A DNA stretch of 62,997 nucleotides, filler included, from Octopus bimaculoides (GCF_001194135.2; 6 parts of 6 records of this genome joined end to end with filler, not necessarily neighbours in it), one strand, 5' to 3'. Shown: positions 37,400-49,930, counted from the first letter of the whole stretch. Program-made: numbers and translations. Notes: generated from the sequence alone by a model not told the origin.

Positions 37400-38800
37400 T
37401 TACCCCCACACGTCTCCTTTCCCTTCCAATTTCACCCCCACCTAATCCCTAATCCTTTCCACCAAATCAACCGACATTTATCTGAGTTCTTCCCATATAT
37501 TAAAACCCTCAAGATCCCCTTCTTCTTTAAACCCAACTCTTACTTCTCCCACCATCCATTGCTTGACGATCTTCTTCGACTTCCTCCACCCAAACCAGAA
37601 AGTCAACAACTACAACTTCCTCATCGTTTCCATCTGCAAATGTTCCACTGAACTCACCTCCAGGCACTTAGGCTCTTCGCAGTCTTCCATTGCACCTCTT
37701 TAAATCCCCCTCGCCACTCTCGCCCCTCCCAGCTCCTTTCCTTTTTCTTAGTTCTGCTGTAACGCCATTCCTAACGGAGGCGGTTTTCTTGGCCCGACTC
37801 CCGCTGCTCTGCTCTGCCCTGTTGAATTGTTCTCACATTCAAATGCTTCAAATTTTCCATGGACTTTCTTTTATCAGGGTACACGGGTAACGAAGGCAAC
37901 CAGAATGAACTTCAAATAAACCGATTTGTTTCTTGGACAGTTTGAGATTCAGATCGCCACCCGGTTCAGCAGACTTCACCGCAGAAGAATACGGTCGTTT
38001 CATTGACTATTGGAGCGGTGACACTTCTTCGACAAACTTTAACTCATTCATTGTTTGCGTCAACTTCTTCCATCCTGTCTTAGATTTTACCACCACCACC
38101 ACCACCACCACCACCTTTATTCCCCACCCCAACATCTTCACTGCTGTCTTTTCCGAAGCCATAGTTCTCTCTCTCACCTCGGTTTTTCCTCACCGTCACC
38201 TACCTTCTCATTTTCCTTCCCCTCCCACACCTTTGTAATTATGATTCTCACTTTGATATCCAGTCGCACCGAATGGTCAGCTACTTCGTTCAACGCGGTT
38301 ATTCCACCACAACCGTTGGTGCTTCTACCACAATGTTGACATCATCTCCACTCTTATATCTCGTATCCGTTCGACCACCAACCATTTTCCCGTCCCCTTG
38401 TCTCTCCTCCTGCGCACATTTTGCGGCACTTCTCTTTCCTCCGATCTTATCCAGCTGTTTCCCATATTTTCCTAGAATGCTTTCTCCCTTCCTCCAGACG
38501 TGATGCATTTTCTGTGACCGAGTCTATAGCCTATTCCCTTTTTTTATCTTCGCCACCCCTCCTGCTCGAAAACCTCCGCCTTCATCCAAAATGTCATCTT
38601 ACCCAGTGATAATCTCTTTTATGCCGCCAACCAATTCCTCAGTTGGCGACATAGAAAAACCTTCGGAGATCTGCAAATTATTTTTAGAGAGAATTTTTTA
38701 AGCATCGGGCATAACAACACCGGATCACATCTCGGTCCCCGGTTTGTCGCTTTCGTTCTTCTTGGTCGCACCTATTTGCACCTTTCTACCTGTCGTGACG
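37400..38800 (+). mobile_element. Degenerate Penelope-like RT region
   Basis: Frame-broken motifs IVSICKCSTEL, YGRFIDY..VNFFHPVLDFT, MVSYFVQRGY, LFLSSPPLLLENLR. Confidence 0.7.
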
Positions 38801-38963
38801 TTTTATGAATCTACCGCATCCCCAATGTCACCGGGGACAACAACAGCTGGCCATTCGTCTAAACACCAAACCGAACAGGGAGCAGTAATCACTTTATTTG
38901 CCTTTTGTAACACTGCTGTCTCTAACACGTACGCACGCACACACACAAACACAAACACACACA

Positions 38964-39005
<42 letters not shown>

Positions 39006-39520
39006 ACATTATACACACAGCTACCTGCACATACACTCGCACAACACACTGCACTGCATACACATACACATCCATGTACAATAGAGAATACATCGTCTCT
39101 TATCCTCCTTAACGCGATGATCAAATTCTCACATAACCATATGGCATGCTCTCTCGCTTTCTCTCTCGTTCTCACTTACACACACACACAGGTACAACCA
39201 CTCTCGAATGTTGTTTCCCTTGATTAAAAATCCTTTCTGGTTGAAAAACACTCATCCATGTTATCCACTTCCGTCCAACCTTTTATCAATTTAAGCCTTG
39301 AACTGTTTATTGTAAAACATCGTTTCCATTCAACTCTCTGTTCTTCTTTTTTCTTATTTTTTTTTGTTTTCTTTTTCTTGGTGAGGAGCTATAGACCGAA
39401 ATGTTAAGCCTTACTTTATATCTTCCTTACATCGTGAAATTTATCTTATTTTTGAAATTTTCTTTGCTTTTTTGTTTCTGAAACCGTTACAATATGCGCA
39501 CGCGTATGTATTTGTATATA

Positions 39521-39555
<35 letters not shown>

Positions 39556-39635
39556 ATGTATGTATGTATGTATGTATGTATGTAGGAGATATTTGTATTC
39601 TACTGAAGTTTTAAATGGTATCTATTTATTTGCAG

Positions 39636-39973
39636 TAGACTTCTATCCAGCAATGAGAGATGAAATGGCTAATCTTTACAAGAAAACCCACCCTTGGTCA
39701 TACATCCCGTGGAACATCATCGATTTACCTTTTCTCTACAAGGAACCGCCGCAGAAAACGTTACCTGATTTTTCAAATGATGAAATATATTTCGATGTTG
39801 GTCTCGGCAAAAGAGGTTTACCTTTCTCTCTTGACATTGCAAAGAGACGTGAAAAACCGCTTTTGACTAAAGGATTGCTTATAAAGAAACTAGAATTGCT
39901 TGCACAAAGAGCTCACCACCTCGAACTTCCTGAAGATAATGATAAGAGAAGACAAAGTCTTGCACATTCATAG
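39636..39973 (+). CDS. Orphan terminal exon, prohormone/neuropeptide-precursor-like
   Basis: TTTATTTGCAG acceptor (phase 1); ~112 open codons of complex, non-repeat sequence with KK, GKR, KRR and KRR sites; AATAAA at 40123-40128. Upstream exon not found. Confidence 0.55.
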
Positions 39974-40999
39974 GAAAATATTTCGAAAGGAAAATAGAAA
40001 AAAAAAAAAACTTTGATATTTAACAAAAAAAAAAAAGATAACGATTTAAATGTATTGCTAGTAACGTGTGAAAAATAAGTTAATATGTTTTTGGGAAGTT
40101 GAACTATAAATTAAGTTTTGTAAATAAATGATAAACTAACTAAACAACCATTATCGCACTTTATTGAAATGAGAGACGGAAACAGGGTTGCTGTTGTTGT
40201 TGTAGTTGTTATTTTTGTTATATAAATTGGTGGTGATGATATTGTTGTTGTTTCTCACAAACGATATTTCTGTTGTACAAATGTATACAATCATGTTCGT
40301 GTATGCAAAGACATACGCTACAAAAATTGCCTCGAGGGAAAAAAAATTCTCCTTGTATGGCATTTTACACCCATTGGGCCATAAATGACATCATGGAACC
40401 GCAGAACGCTTGTGTTTCTGCGTCTTTGCACGTTGTTAGCTAAGGAAACCGAGCCGTCGTTCACAGTCACTAACGACTTGTTCTTATAGTTTATCAGCAA
40501 ATGGTAGATTTGCTGATATTGGCAAAGTGCTGTCAAGCTGGAATTAATTAATCAGAGGCGCACTAAGCAGTGATAAACGAAATATAGGTGCGTACGACCA
40601 TATTTAATACGTTCGTGCAGACTCGGATATGGAAAGACACCTGCGATCCGATGACGTCATTCATGACCCAATGGTGTGTTTCTCACACATATTGTCTGTA
40701 TGGAGAATTTTTCTGTCGAGACAATGTCTGCAGTGTAGTCTTTTTCAAGTCCGAGTGTGCATGAATATATTAAATATGGCCGTATACACCTATATTACAT
40801 TTAATGCTGCTTCGTGTGCCTCTAATTAATTGATACTTTTGTTGTAGTTTTTGTTGTTGCTGTTGTTGTTCTTTGTATGTTTGCTTCTTTTTTTTCTTTT
40901 GTAAGAAGATTTCAGCTCTGCATACCAAGACGATGAAGCAGGCATCAATTTTAAAGATATATACTGCATCTCCTCCTGGTATTGATTAAACAACACCAA

Positions 41000-42543
41000 C
41001 TGAGTCGCCTTGTATTAAGGAAGACAGGACAGATGGGCATACGATGCCACAATATAGAAGAAGATACGGTTGAGTGGAAACGTATAACTTGGACTCTTTG
41101 TAACTGGACGTGACACTTTCAGTCCTCCAGTAACAAAGAGTGCAAGCTATACTTCACTCAGCCATAGTTGAGGATTGTTAATTTCCATCCAGGTTAATTT
41201 CTGTCCAGTTGAGGATTGTTAATTTCCATCCAGGTTAATTTCTGTCCAGTTGAGGATTGTTAATTTCCATCCAGGTTAATTTCTGTCCAGTTGAGGATTG
41301 TTAATTTCCATCCAGGTTAATTTCTGTCCAGTTGAGGATTGTGAATTTCCATCCAGGTTAATTTCTGTCCAGTTGAGGATTGTTAATTTCCATCCAGGTT
41401 AATTTCTGTCCAGTTGAGGATTGTTAATTTCTGTCCAGGTTAATACCCCAAAATGGTGAACCATTCGAGGATACAGTGATAGCAGCTCTAAGAGCCGAAG
41501 GTGAAATTAAGAACACAATGTGGATCATTGTCTGAGAGTTACCGATAAACCAGGAAGATATAAAGCGGAATGCGTCAAAAGATAAGTTCATAAATGAAAC
41601 AGAAAACACTGTGGTCAAAAAACAAGAAAAAAAACCTCATGGGCGAAATTACACATCGATTTCACGGGTCCGTTAAATGGTTATTACTATTTAGTAGTGG
41701 TTGACAGTTTTATAAAATGGCCTGAAATTGTTAAGTGCAAAAGACCAGCCTCCTCGATTGTAATAAATTTTTGCACAAATTATTCGCAAGATTTGGCATC
41801 CAAGACGTGATAAGGGAACACAATTTGTATGCAATGAATTTAGAAAGTTGTGTGAAATGTTTTCGGTAGAACATCTAACGATAGAGCCTTACCATTGCAG
41901 ATCAAACAGACAGGTAGAACGTTTTGTTGATACTTTTAAAAGAGTTTTAAGAAAAGTAAGCAAGGACGTCACGGACGAAGTCGCTCTTCAACAATTGTTA
42001 AGAGTGCACAAGGTGAAACCGAACCTGAATACATCAGCAGAACTGATGCTCGCAATGAAAGTGAAATCCGTTTTTGATAAACTGCCATCTGGCGAGGAAA
42101 GAAAAAGTGTCAGGAAGGGCATATCAGAATTTTTCAAAATTAGTGATAAGGTGTACATGAGGTCTTATAAAAACGGAAAACAGTAGTGGGAAGAAGGTGA
42201 AATTACTAAGTATAGGGAAAGTGATGTATGGGATAAAAAGCAGAAAAGGTATTGAAGAAAGACACAGAAACCTATTAAAGAAGAAATTCATAGAAAATGA
42301 ACCAAACAGATTGAAAATACCTATGAAATGGCTGTATGACACATTCCGCGTACCAACACCGTTACAGGTGGTTGAACCCACGCGTAAAAGTCGGAGAAAA
42401 AGGAAGAACACAGAGTTCCTAAAAATAGACGCCAAAAAGAAAAAATATATTAATTTGTACAAATGAAAAAAGAAAAAACTCAAAAGGAGGTGGGTGAATA
42501 AAATAAAATAAAATTACTAAAGAAAAAAAACTAAAAGAGAGGT
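41000..42543 (+). mobile_element. Ty3/Gypsy (K02A2.6-like) pol remnant with internal deletion
   Basis: RLIPK..EPFEDTVIAAL, WAKLHIDFTGPLNGYYYLVVVDSFIKWPE, GTQF..EF, VERFVDTFKR; PPT AAAAGAGAGG just before the LTR. Confidence 0.88.
41166..41444. repeat. 41-bp minisatellite x6 plus partial
   Basis: Unit AGTTGAGGATTGTTAATTTCCATCCAGGTTAATTTCTGTCC, head-to-tail, one substitution in unit 5. Confidence 0.95.
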
Positions 42544-42870
42544 TGTAGTGGAAATCGTATACCTCTCCCACGGGACAAGTGGTATGACACAGCCACTATG
42601 AAGTAAGACGACGTCAACCAGTATGGAGAGTCGTGTGTCAGTCGTTGTAGAGTTGTTGCATGAGTTTTCAGTTGGAGTTAAGTGTCAATTACGTGTTATA
42701 GTCGAGTTTGAGTCACAGTCAAGTTAGACGGTTCAAATTCGGTGTCTTGCAGAGCTCTCAGCAAAAGCACGATAGACAAAGCGATATATTACCATTCCAG
42801 TAGAGAAGAGTTACACTTTATCTGAGACCAAGAAAATATCTTGACTACTAGAGTAGATACAACAACTACA
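42544..42870 (+). mobile_element. 3' LTR of the Gypsy element
   Basis: Starts TGTAGT one base after the PPT and ends ACTACA (terminal inverted 6-mer); no 5' LTR seen. Confidence 0.75.
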
Positions 42871-43180
42871 GTCACAACAGTGGCCGCACATTATAGATGT
42901 GGAAAACACCACGTCATAACAGTAACACATGCCTAAATACCAATCTTGAGAAATTAAGCTTCTCAAAACCAGAAGGCAGAAAGTTGATCCGAAAACTACA
43001 GATCCAATCCATCACATCACTGGAACTATAAAAATCTGTAATACTTTCCAGAAGTTTATCATTTAAATATATATGTGCATGTCTAGATATGCAACTATAA
43101 TGCATGAGAATACATACATAAAGCAAAACATACAAATCTGAACACATACATACATGCATAATACATACATACATACATAC

Positions 43181-43290
43181 AAAAATACCCTATTGATGTT
43201 GTTGAAATTCCAATGAAGGAGCCTTGGATCTAGGTTAGAAACCGGCTCTTTCTCTATTGGCAGGTAATCTTGAAATAAAACTGAATAATG
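43181..43290 (-). repeat. ~100-bp mini-element in (TACA)n, copy 3
   Basis: Homologous to 7509-7615, with CATA repeats on both sides. Confidence 0.8.
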
Positions 43291-44389
43291 ACATACATAT
43301 ATATACATAGATATACATACATATGCATGCATATATACAAACGTACATACATATGCCAGAACAAAAGTGTGTGTCGAAGTGAAAGGGATTTGCGGACGAA
43401 GATATTAACTAATTTAAAATTTCCTACATTCCTAAACAAAATAGACTTCTTCCGATCCTATTCGTGTAAGAATCTACTAAACGCAGACAGAAAGCTGGTT
43501 GTAAGTAAATGTTAAAATAAGTAACTGATCATAATTAACATCATCAATCCCTGTAGAATTTCGCAAAACCGTTTGTGAGTTGTGGTTCTAATAAAACGTT
43601 ACAACTACAACAGTGAAGACTAATAAAACCGATTACACGGCATCAATAATAAACGCGTGCATAATGTATTACGGCGCCGCACGGACAGATCTTTTTCGTT
43701 TACAAAGTCGATTCAATAATTTGTGCTGCAATTCTTTCGTATTTTCTAGTTTATAAGGTCAATATATACAAATGTATATTACTGTGAAAAAACAGATAAC
43801 GTACGTATTTTTGAATTATTAACATTATTAACAAATATGGTTTCACATTCAGATTCAAGTATCGCACATTCTAAGACCGCCGATTTAGTTTTATCGAAAC
43901 TAGACCAAGAGCTAACGTTTTGCTAATAGTTAAGTGGGGAGCGAAGTAAAAGCATATGGTTTGTGGCTGGTTGTTAACAGACAGGAGCAAAAAAAAAAAA
44001 AAAGAAAAAGTTTTCACTTAAGTTTCGTTGCCTAAAATTCTAGTATCTATAATTGTGCAGACTAGCTAGGAAAATGGATATACCGTTCTAACAATGGCTA
44101 AATTAATATAGGTCATTCATGATCTATTTCAACTTTTCATGGCATAGAAAAGGTTAAGAGTCAAGTGGAAAATACAGAACAATAGGCCGTATGTATGGCT
44201 AGGGAGAATCTACAGATTCAGTTTCGAATCTCAGGTAGGACCTAGCGAAGTCGCACACGTTCTTGTAAAATTTCCTATCTTCTTAATGAATGCATGATTA
44301 CATCTGATTTTTAAAAAAAATTCTAATATCTTACTTGCTTTTCTAGAATTTTCTTTTTGTTTTTGTTTTCATAGCAACTATATTTTTTG

Positions 44390-44590
44390 TGGATAATATT
44401 TTGCCAGATGCGCCTATGGTATTGTAAAGCTATTCCACTTTTGCGTAAATAATCCACATTGTTCTTTACGGCATTTTAAACCACAATCTTATAATTACTT
44501 TAATATTAATTCCAAATTATCAAGATATTCTTCACCTGTTGCCCTGATAACAGTGATATCATCTCCTCTATATGCTGCACATTTATTCCA
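44390..44590 (-). mobile_element. Gypsy RT remnant
   Basis: Minus strand reads AAY..DDITV....EEYLDNLE....GLKCRKE.C, the RT YxDD region. Confidence 0.5.
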
Positions 44591-44699
44591 GACAAAAGGA
44601 ATATTTATCACAAGTAATTTCTGTGATTCTTCTGTTAATTCGATTAGTAAATATGAGTATTATAACGAAACTAACTAGAGAAATGTTTGCCAAATTAAT

Positions 44700-45300
44700 A
44701 AGAAAAATATAATGATAATTAATTATAAAATTAGGAAGGCAACTAATTTACAACTCTGGACAACTAGTAACACCGTAAAGTTCGGATGGTTAGAAACGAT
44801 TATCGAGGAACTAAATTCTAGATTTACGTAGGTCAAGAATGTTGATTTTTACCTGTCTACAATCATTTGTTTATACGAGATTAGATTACGTCCATTAATA
44901 TTTTGTGCTGACGAAATTGTCATAGAGATAATCTTAGATGCTAAGAAAACTTTACTGTTTGATAAAGACTGCCAGCGTGAAGAAATCAGACATCGAAGGA
45001 ATTTTCACTTTGAGTATAGAGTCGTATGATAGTGCACATATCTGTGATCTTTTCAGTCTACACATGCTACAAGTCCTAAAGGTTAAATTTGATTGTCGTA
45101 ATATTTGTATGTACAGCGACGACTGTCTGGTAATGACTTCCCATGCTCACGGCCATACTTTAGATAGATTTAGAAAGGAACTTGTCAACTGGGACTGAAA
45201 ATCACCATAAACATTAACCTTAATATAGCTAATTTCTTAGATATCACATTAATTTAGACATGAATACCCACAAATATTAAAAGAAAATCTTTTGAGAAAC
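44700..45300 (+). mobile_element. Penelope-like RT fragment (YxDD region)
   Basis: QLW..SNTV..W..VDFY; SYDSAHICDLFSLHMLQ..MYSDDCLV..DRFRKEL..GLKIT..NFLDIT. Confidence 0.75.
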
Positions 45301-45416
45301 TAAAATCATTAATAAGGACTCATGCCAAGTTTTTAAGAACGTAATTAAAAACGTAGTTAAGAACGTTAGTTGAACGAGCTCCATGTCTTCTAGCAAAGTA
45401 AATTTTGCCAGGGCAG

Positions 45417-45801
45417 TGTGGTATGACGTCAGTGTCTGGGGAGGCTGACCGGAAGGGCGAGTCGACCGGAAGGGGGAAAAGGGCAGAGGGAGCCTCGATC
45501 GGCATTCGTGCCCTTTTCAAACGGGGCTGCGGTGAGGACAAGACGTGTTGTTCTCGGTTTGTGGGAAGTTGATCGGGCACTATACGATCGCTGGTTGGTT
45601 GCGCATTGCATGTAGTTACATCAAGAGACGAGCAGAGGGGGAGAGTTGGAGTGACAAGGTAGGAGAGGCGACGGTGGCGATGATGCGGGAAATCCTGGAG
45701 AGAACGAGAGCGGAAGACCCGGTCAGAGGAAACTGGTATGTGCCCAAGACGGAGTGCGGGACGGTTTGGTGTGATGCTAGCAGTATAGCGATAGGGGTTG
45801 T
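45417..45801 (+). mobile_element. LTR retrotransposon fragment (BEL/Pao-like RT thumb and RNase H start)
   Basis: TG-starting GC-rich segment joined to LFSVCGKLIGHY..GWLRIACSYIKRR..W..DPVRG.W..VWCDASS; superfamily assignment is uncertain. Confidence 0.55.
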
Positions 45802-46153
45802 NNNNNNNNNNNNNNNNNNNNNNNNNNNNNNNNNNNNNNNNNNNNTTAATTAATTAANNNNNNNNNNNNNNNNNNNNNNNNNNNNNNNNNNNNNNNNNNN
45901 NTATATATATATATATATATGCAAGGATGTCTGCATGAATTAAGACACACGTCTGATTTACAACAATGTCTCATGTCTATGAACGAGGCGGAGAATGAAA
46001 AAAAATTTCGTCGGAAAAGGAGAACAAAGGGGTGAAAAGTGGAAGAAAGACATTGTGTACGAAGAGAAGAAGAAATAGGAAGAAAATAATAAGACAAGAC
46101 AGGAAAGGAAGCGATAAGTGACTGATGGATAAATGGAAGGGAAAGAGGAAAGA

Positions 46154-46201
<48 letters not shown>

Positions 46202-46428
46202 TGAGAGAAGGAAGATTGGACGGGAAAAGGAGTAATGAAATTGAGAAGACAAGTAGATGTAAAGATTATTTGCCAACATAATGTGACAGTCCTGTTTAGG
46301 ACGCTTGTTACTGTTATTTAGCGTACTATTTATAGATAGATGGATAGAGAGAAAGAGAGAGAGATAGAGAAAGAGAGAGAGATAGAGAAAGAGAGAGAAN
46401 NNNNNNNNNNNNNNNNNNNGAGAGAGAA

Positions 46429-46469
<41 letters not shown>

Positions 46470-46479
46470 AAGAGAGAGG

Positions 46480-46523
<44 letters not shown>

Positions 46524-46577
46524 TAGAGAAAGAGAGAGAGATAGAGAAAGAGAGAGAAAGGCAGGTTTATAAGTATG

Positions 46578-46622
<45 letters not shown>

Positions 46623-46637
46623 TGATAGATAGATAGG

Positions 46638-46719
<82 letters not shown>

Positions 46720-47070
46720 AAGAAAAAGGTAAGTGTAAAAGGGGTTATATATTCTAGGTTGAACATTCAATTAAGCGTATTCTTTCAGTGAAAACCATTG
46801 AAGCTTGTTTGAAAGCGACAACGTAATGGCTACCAAGGCGCTTTTGATGGTATGGTGGTTTGACGTTGAAAGCAGTTTTGCACGCTAATAGCCAATATTT
46901 TCTCGTGGTAAATGAAATGCAGACGATAAATTGTAAGCGCCATCTCTCGGAAGGTTTCTGAAGTACTTTCTTTTTATTCCTCATGAAATGACGTCTCTTT
47001 CTACACACGATATATTCTGAAATATTGCATAAAGCTTAATACCGTGATAACGTCCTTTATACACACACAA

Positions 47071-47106
<36 letters not shown>

Positions 47107-47696
47107 ATATATATATGTGAATATATATACATGTATGTATATGTATGTATGCATATATTTATGCAAATATATGTATATATGTAGGTTTACAACTCTCTCT
47201 TTATATATATATNNNNNNNNNNNNNNNNNNNNNNNNNNNNNNNNNNNNNNNNNNNNNNNNNNNNNNNNNNNNNNNNNNNNNNNNNNNNNNNNNNNNNNNN
47301 NNNNNNNNNNNNNNNNNNNNNNNNNNNNNNNNNNNNNNNNNNNNNNNNNNNNNNNNNNNNNNNNNNNNNNNNNNNNNNNNNNNNNNNNNNNNNNNNNNNN
47401 NNNNNNNNNNNNNNNNNNNNNNNNNNNNNNNNNNNNNNNNNNNNNNNNNNNNNNNNNNNNNNNNNNNNNNNNNNNNNNNNNNNNNNNNNNNNNNNNNNNN
47501 NNNNNNNNNNNNNNNNNNNNNNNNNNNNNNNNNNNNNNNNNNNNNNNNNNNNNNNNNNNNNNNNNNNNNNNNNNNNNNNNNNNNNNNNNNNNNNNNNNNN
47601 NNNNNNNNNNNNNNNNNNNNNNNNNNNNNNNNNNNNNNNNNNNNNNNNNNNATATATACATTTTTTTTCTCCGTGTTTTTCTCCTTGTCTCCGTAT

Positions 47697-47733
47697 TCTT
47701 TCTGTTGAAGAGCGTAGCTCGAAACGTCAAAGA
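47697..47733 (+). ncRNA. Minimal type-I hammerhead motif (A6U, extra A after A9)
   Basis: UCUUU-CUGUUGA-A-GAGC(GUA)GCUC-GAA-ACGU-C^AAAGA: perfect 5-bp stem I, loopless palindromic stem III, GUC site. Confidence 0.72.
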
Positions 47734-48001
47734 CTTTCCGTATTCCCGAGCGTCATACTAATATATCCTTTTGTTATTTACACCACCTGTCCTCGTCTGT
47801 TGTTATTATTTGTATATTCTCCCATATATATATACATGTATATATATAGACATATATAGACATATATACACATATATTTATAAATATATATACGTTTGTG
47901 TGTGTATGTATACATATAAACACATATATGTATATGTAGGTTCACATACATATATATGTAAACATGTTTAGATATAAGCATATCAAATATGCATGTACGT
48001 G

Positions 48002-48047
<46 letters not shown>

Positions 48048-48099
48048 TATATATGTATGTGTGTATATATATATAAATGCTTACTGCATACACAAGCAC

Positions 48100-48188
<89 letters not shown>

Positions 48189-48763
48189 AGTATTTTCTAT
48201 CATCGACCATAATACATTATACAGATTATGAAATACATATTGTTATGGCTGATATCCTGCTTATTTCGCTATTCAGTGATATTTCAGCATAAAAATTCTA
48301 CTATCGTCAGTTCAAAAAGCATCAATGTAATTATCAAAAGGCTTTGAATGTTGTCAAGAGTTCTCTCAGCCGTTAAATAGATCATAAATATTATTATCGC
48401 AATCTATGGCCTTGTAAATTCATTTAGCTTCTATCGACTTTATTTCCAATATACTTGTTTTACGCATTTTATTAGCCACAACAAATGTTTCATTGAGCCA
48501 GGCTCGGAGCAGGCTTTAACCAAAGTTCAACGAAAGCAATATGCATTTACAGCTCTCAATCGTACATCAAGGTTGTTTCATATTACGGCAAGGTTATCGT
48601 TCGAAGCAGGAAGCGAAAGGCCTAACATATCAGTAGAGAATTTACAACCGGAAACATGCTTATGTGATTTTTATCTCGAATATTTCACGAACGAAACGCG
48701 AAAACAAAGTGAGAGATCATGAAAACATTTTAAAGTCCTATAATAATAATCATAGTAATAATG

Positions 48764-48842
<79 letters not shown>

Positions 48843-48954
48843 NNNNNNNNNNNNNNNNNNNNNNNNNNNNNNNNNNNNNNNNNNNNNNNNNNNNNNNNNN
48901 NNNNNNNNNNNNNNNNNAAAAAAAATTTTTTAAATAAATAAAAATAAAAATTTA

Positions 48955-49200
48955 AAAAAATAAAATAAAAATATTCAGACAAATACATAACAAAAACACC
49001 AGGACTTACAAATATATATAACATACAGAAAATTGCACTACTGGGTACTGCACACATTCTACGCAAAACGTTTTCAATACAGTAAACATAAGAGCACCAC
49101 AGCAAACCACAGCACATACCCAAGGCGCACAGAGCTGCGCTCGGTAGTGAAGTGAAAGCACGTTATAAAAATAAAACTACTGAACAATAATAATAATAAT
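48955..49200 (+). mobile_element. R4/Dong-type LINE 3' end with (AAT) tail
   Basis: IQKIALLGTAHILRK..stop 49083-49085, ~100-nt 3'UTR, (AAT)5. Confidence 0.8.
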
Positions 49201-49674
49201 ATGCGATCATGAGATAGAAAATAGGGATTTTATGATTCAGTACGACCATAAAATAGAGATCAAGAAGCCGGATATAGTCTTAATCGAGAAAGTAAACTAT
49301 GCTGGATCATAGATATAGCATGGCCAGCTGACAACAAGGTATGTGATAAGGAAGAAAGAAAAGTAGATAGGTATGACGGGTTAGCATGGGAGGCAAAGCA
49401 GTTGTGGTAGATGAAAAATGTGGTAGTAGTACCAATAATTGTCGGAGCTCTGGGAACAGTGAGTAAAAATCTTGAGAAGTACGTGGAATAAATAGGGGCT
49501 GCAATAAGGGTGGAGCACTTACAGAAAACAGCACTGCTTGGAACCGCTCGAATACTCCGGAAGGTCCTCGAAAAATAAGAGGTGTTACCTTAGTTCACTG
49601 GTAGTGAACAGCTGACACCATAGTACATCTCCAGCGTTGGAAGCTGTACGAAGGCAATGATGACGATGATGATG

Positions 49675-49711
<37 letters not shown>
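49201..49711 (+). mobile_element. Second R4/Dong-type LINE 3' end (RLE domain) with (GAT)/(AAT) tail
   Basis: DFMIQYDHKIEIKKPDIVL..IIDIAWPAD..KEERKVDRY..VPIIVGALG..LQKTALLGTARILRKVL, stop at 49576-49578. Confidence 0.88.
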
Positions 49712-49712
<1 letters not shown>

Positions 49713-49714
49713 TA

Positions 49715-49930
49715 TCGACCTTAGTGCTTGGGTGGTTCATATTTTAGCGACCTCGAAAGGATGAAAGTCATATTCGACTATAGCTGAAATTGAACTCAAA
49801 ACGAAACAGTGGACGAAATGTAGCTATGCATTTTTGGCCAATGCATTAACTATTCTGCCATCTCGGGCCAAGCAAAGACTTGTGAGTGGATTTGGTAAAA
49901 AGAAACTGAAAGAATCCTGTCGTATATGTT
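49715..49930. mobile_element. Adjacent SINE A (-) and SINE B (+) fragments
   Basis: CGACCTCGAAAGGATGAAAG and GACTTGTGAGTGGATTTGG..AACTGAAAGAA motifs. Confidence 0.55.

Noticed and set aside
41166-41444. CRISPR-like array (also 61408-61573)
   Set aside because: Units are head-to-tail with no unique spacers, there are no cas genes, and the context is eukaryotic.
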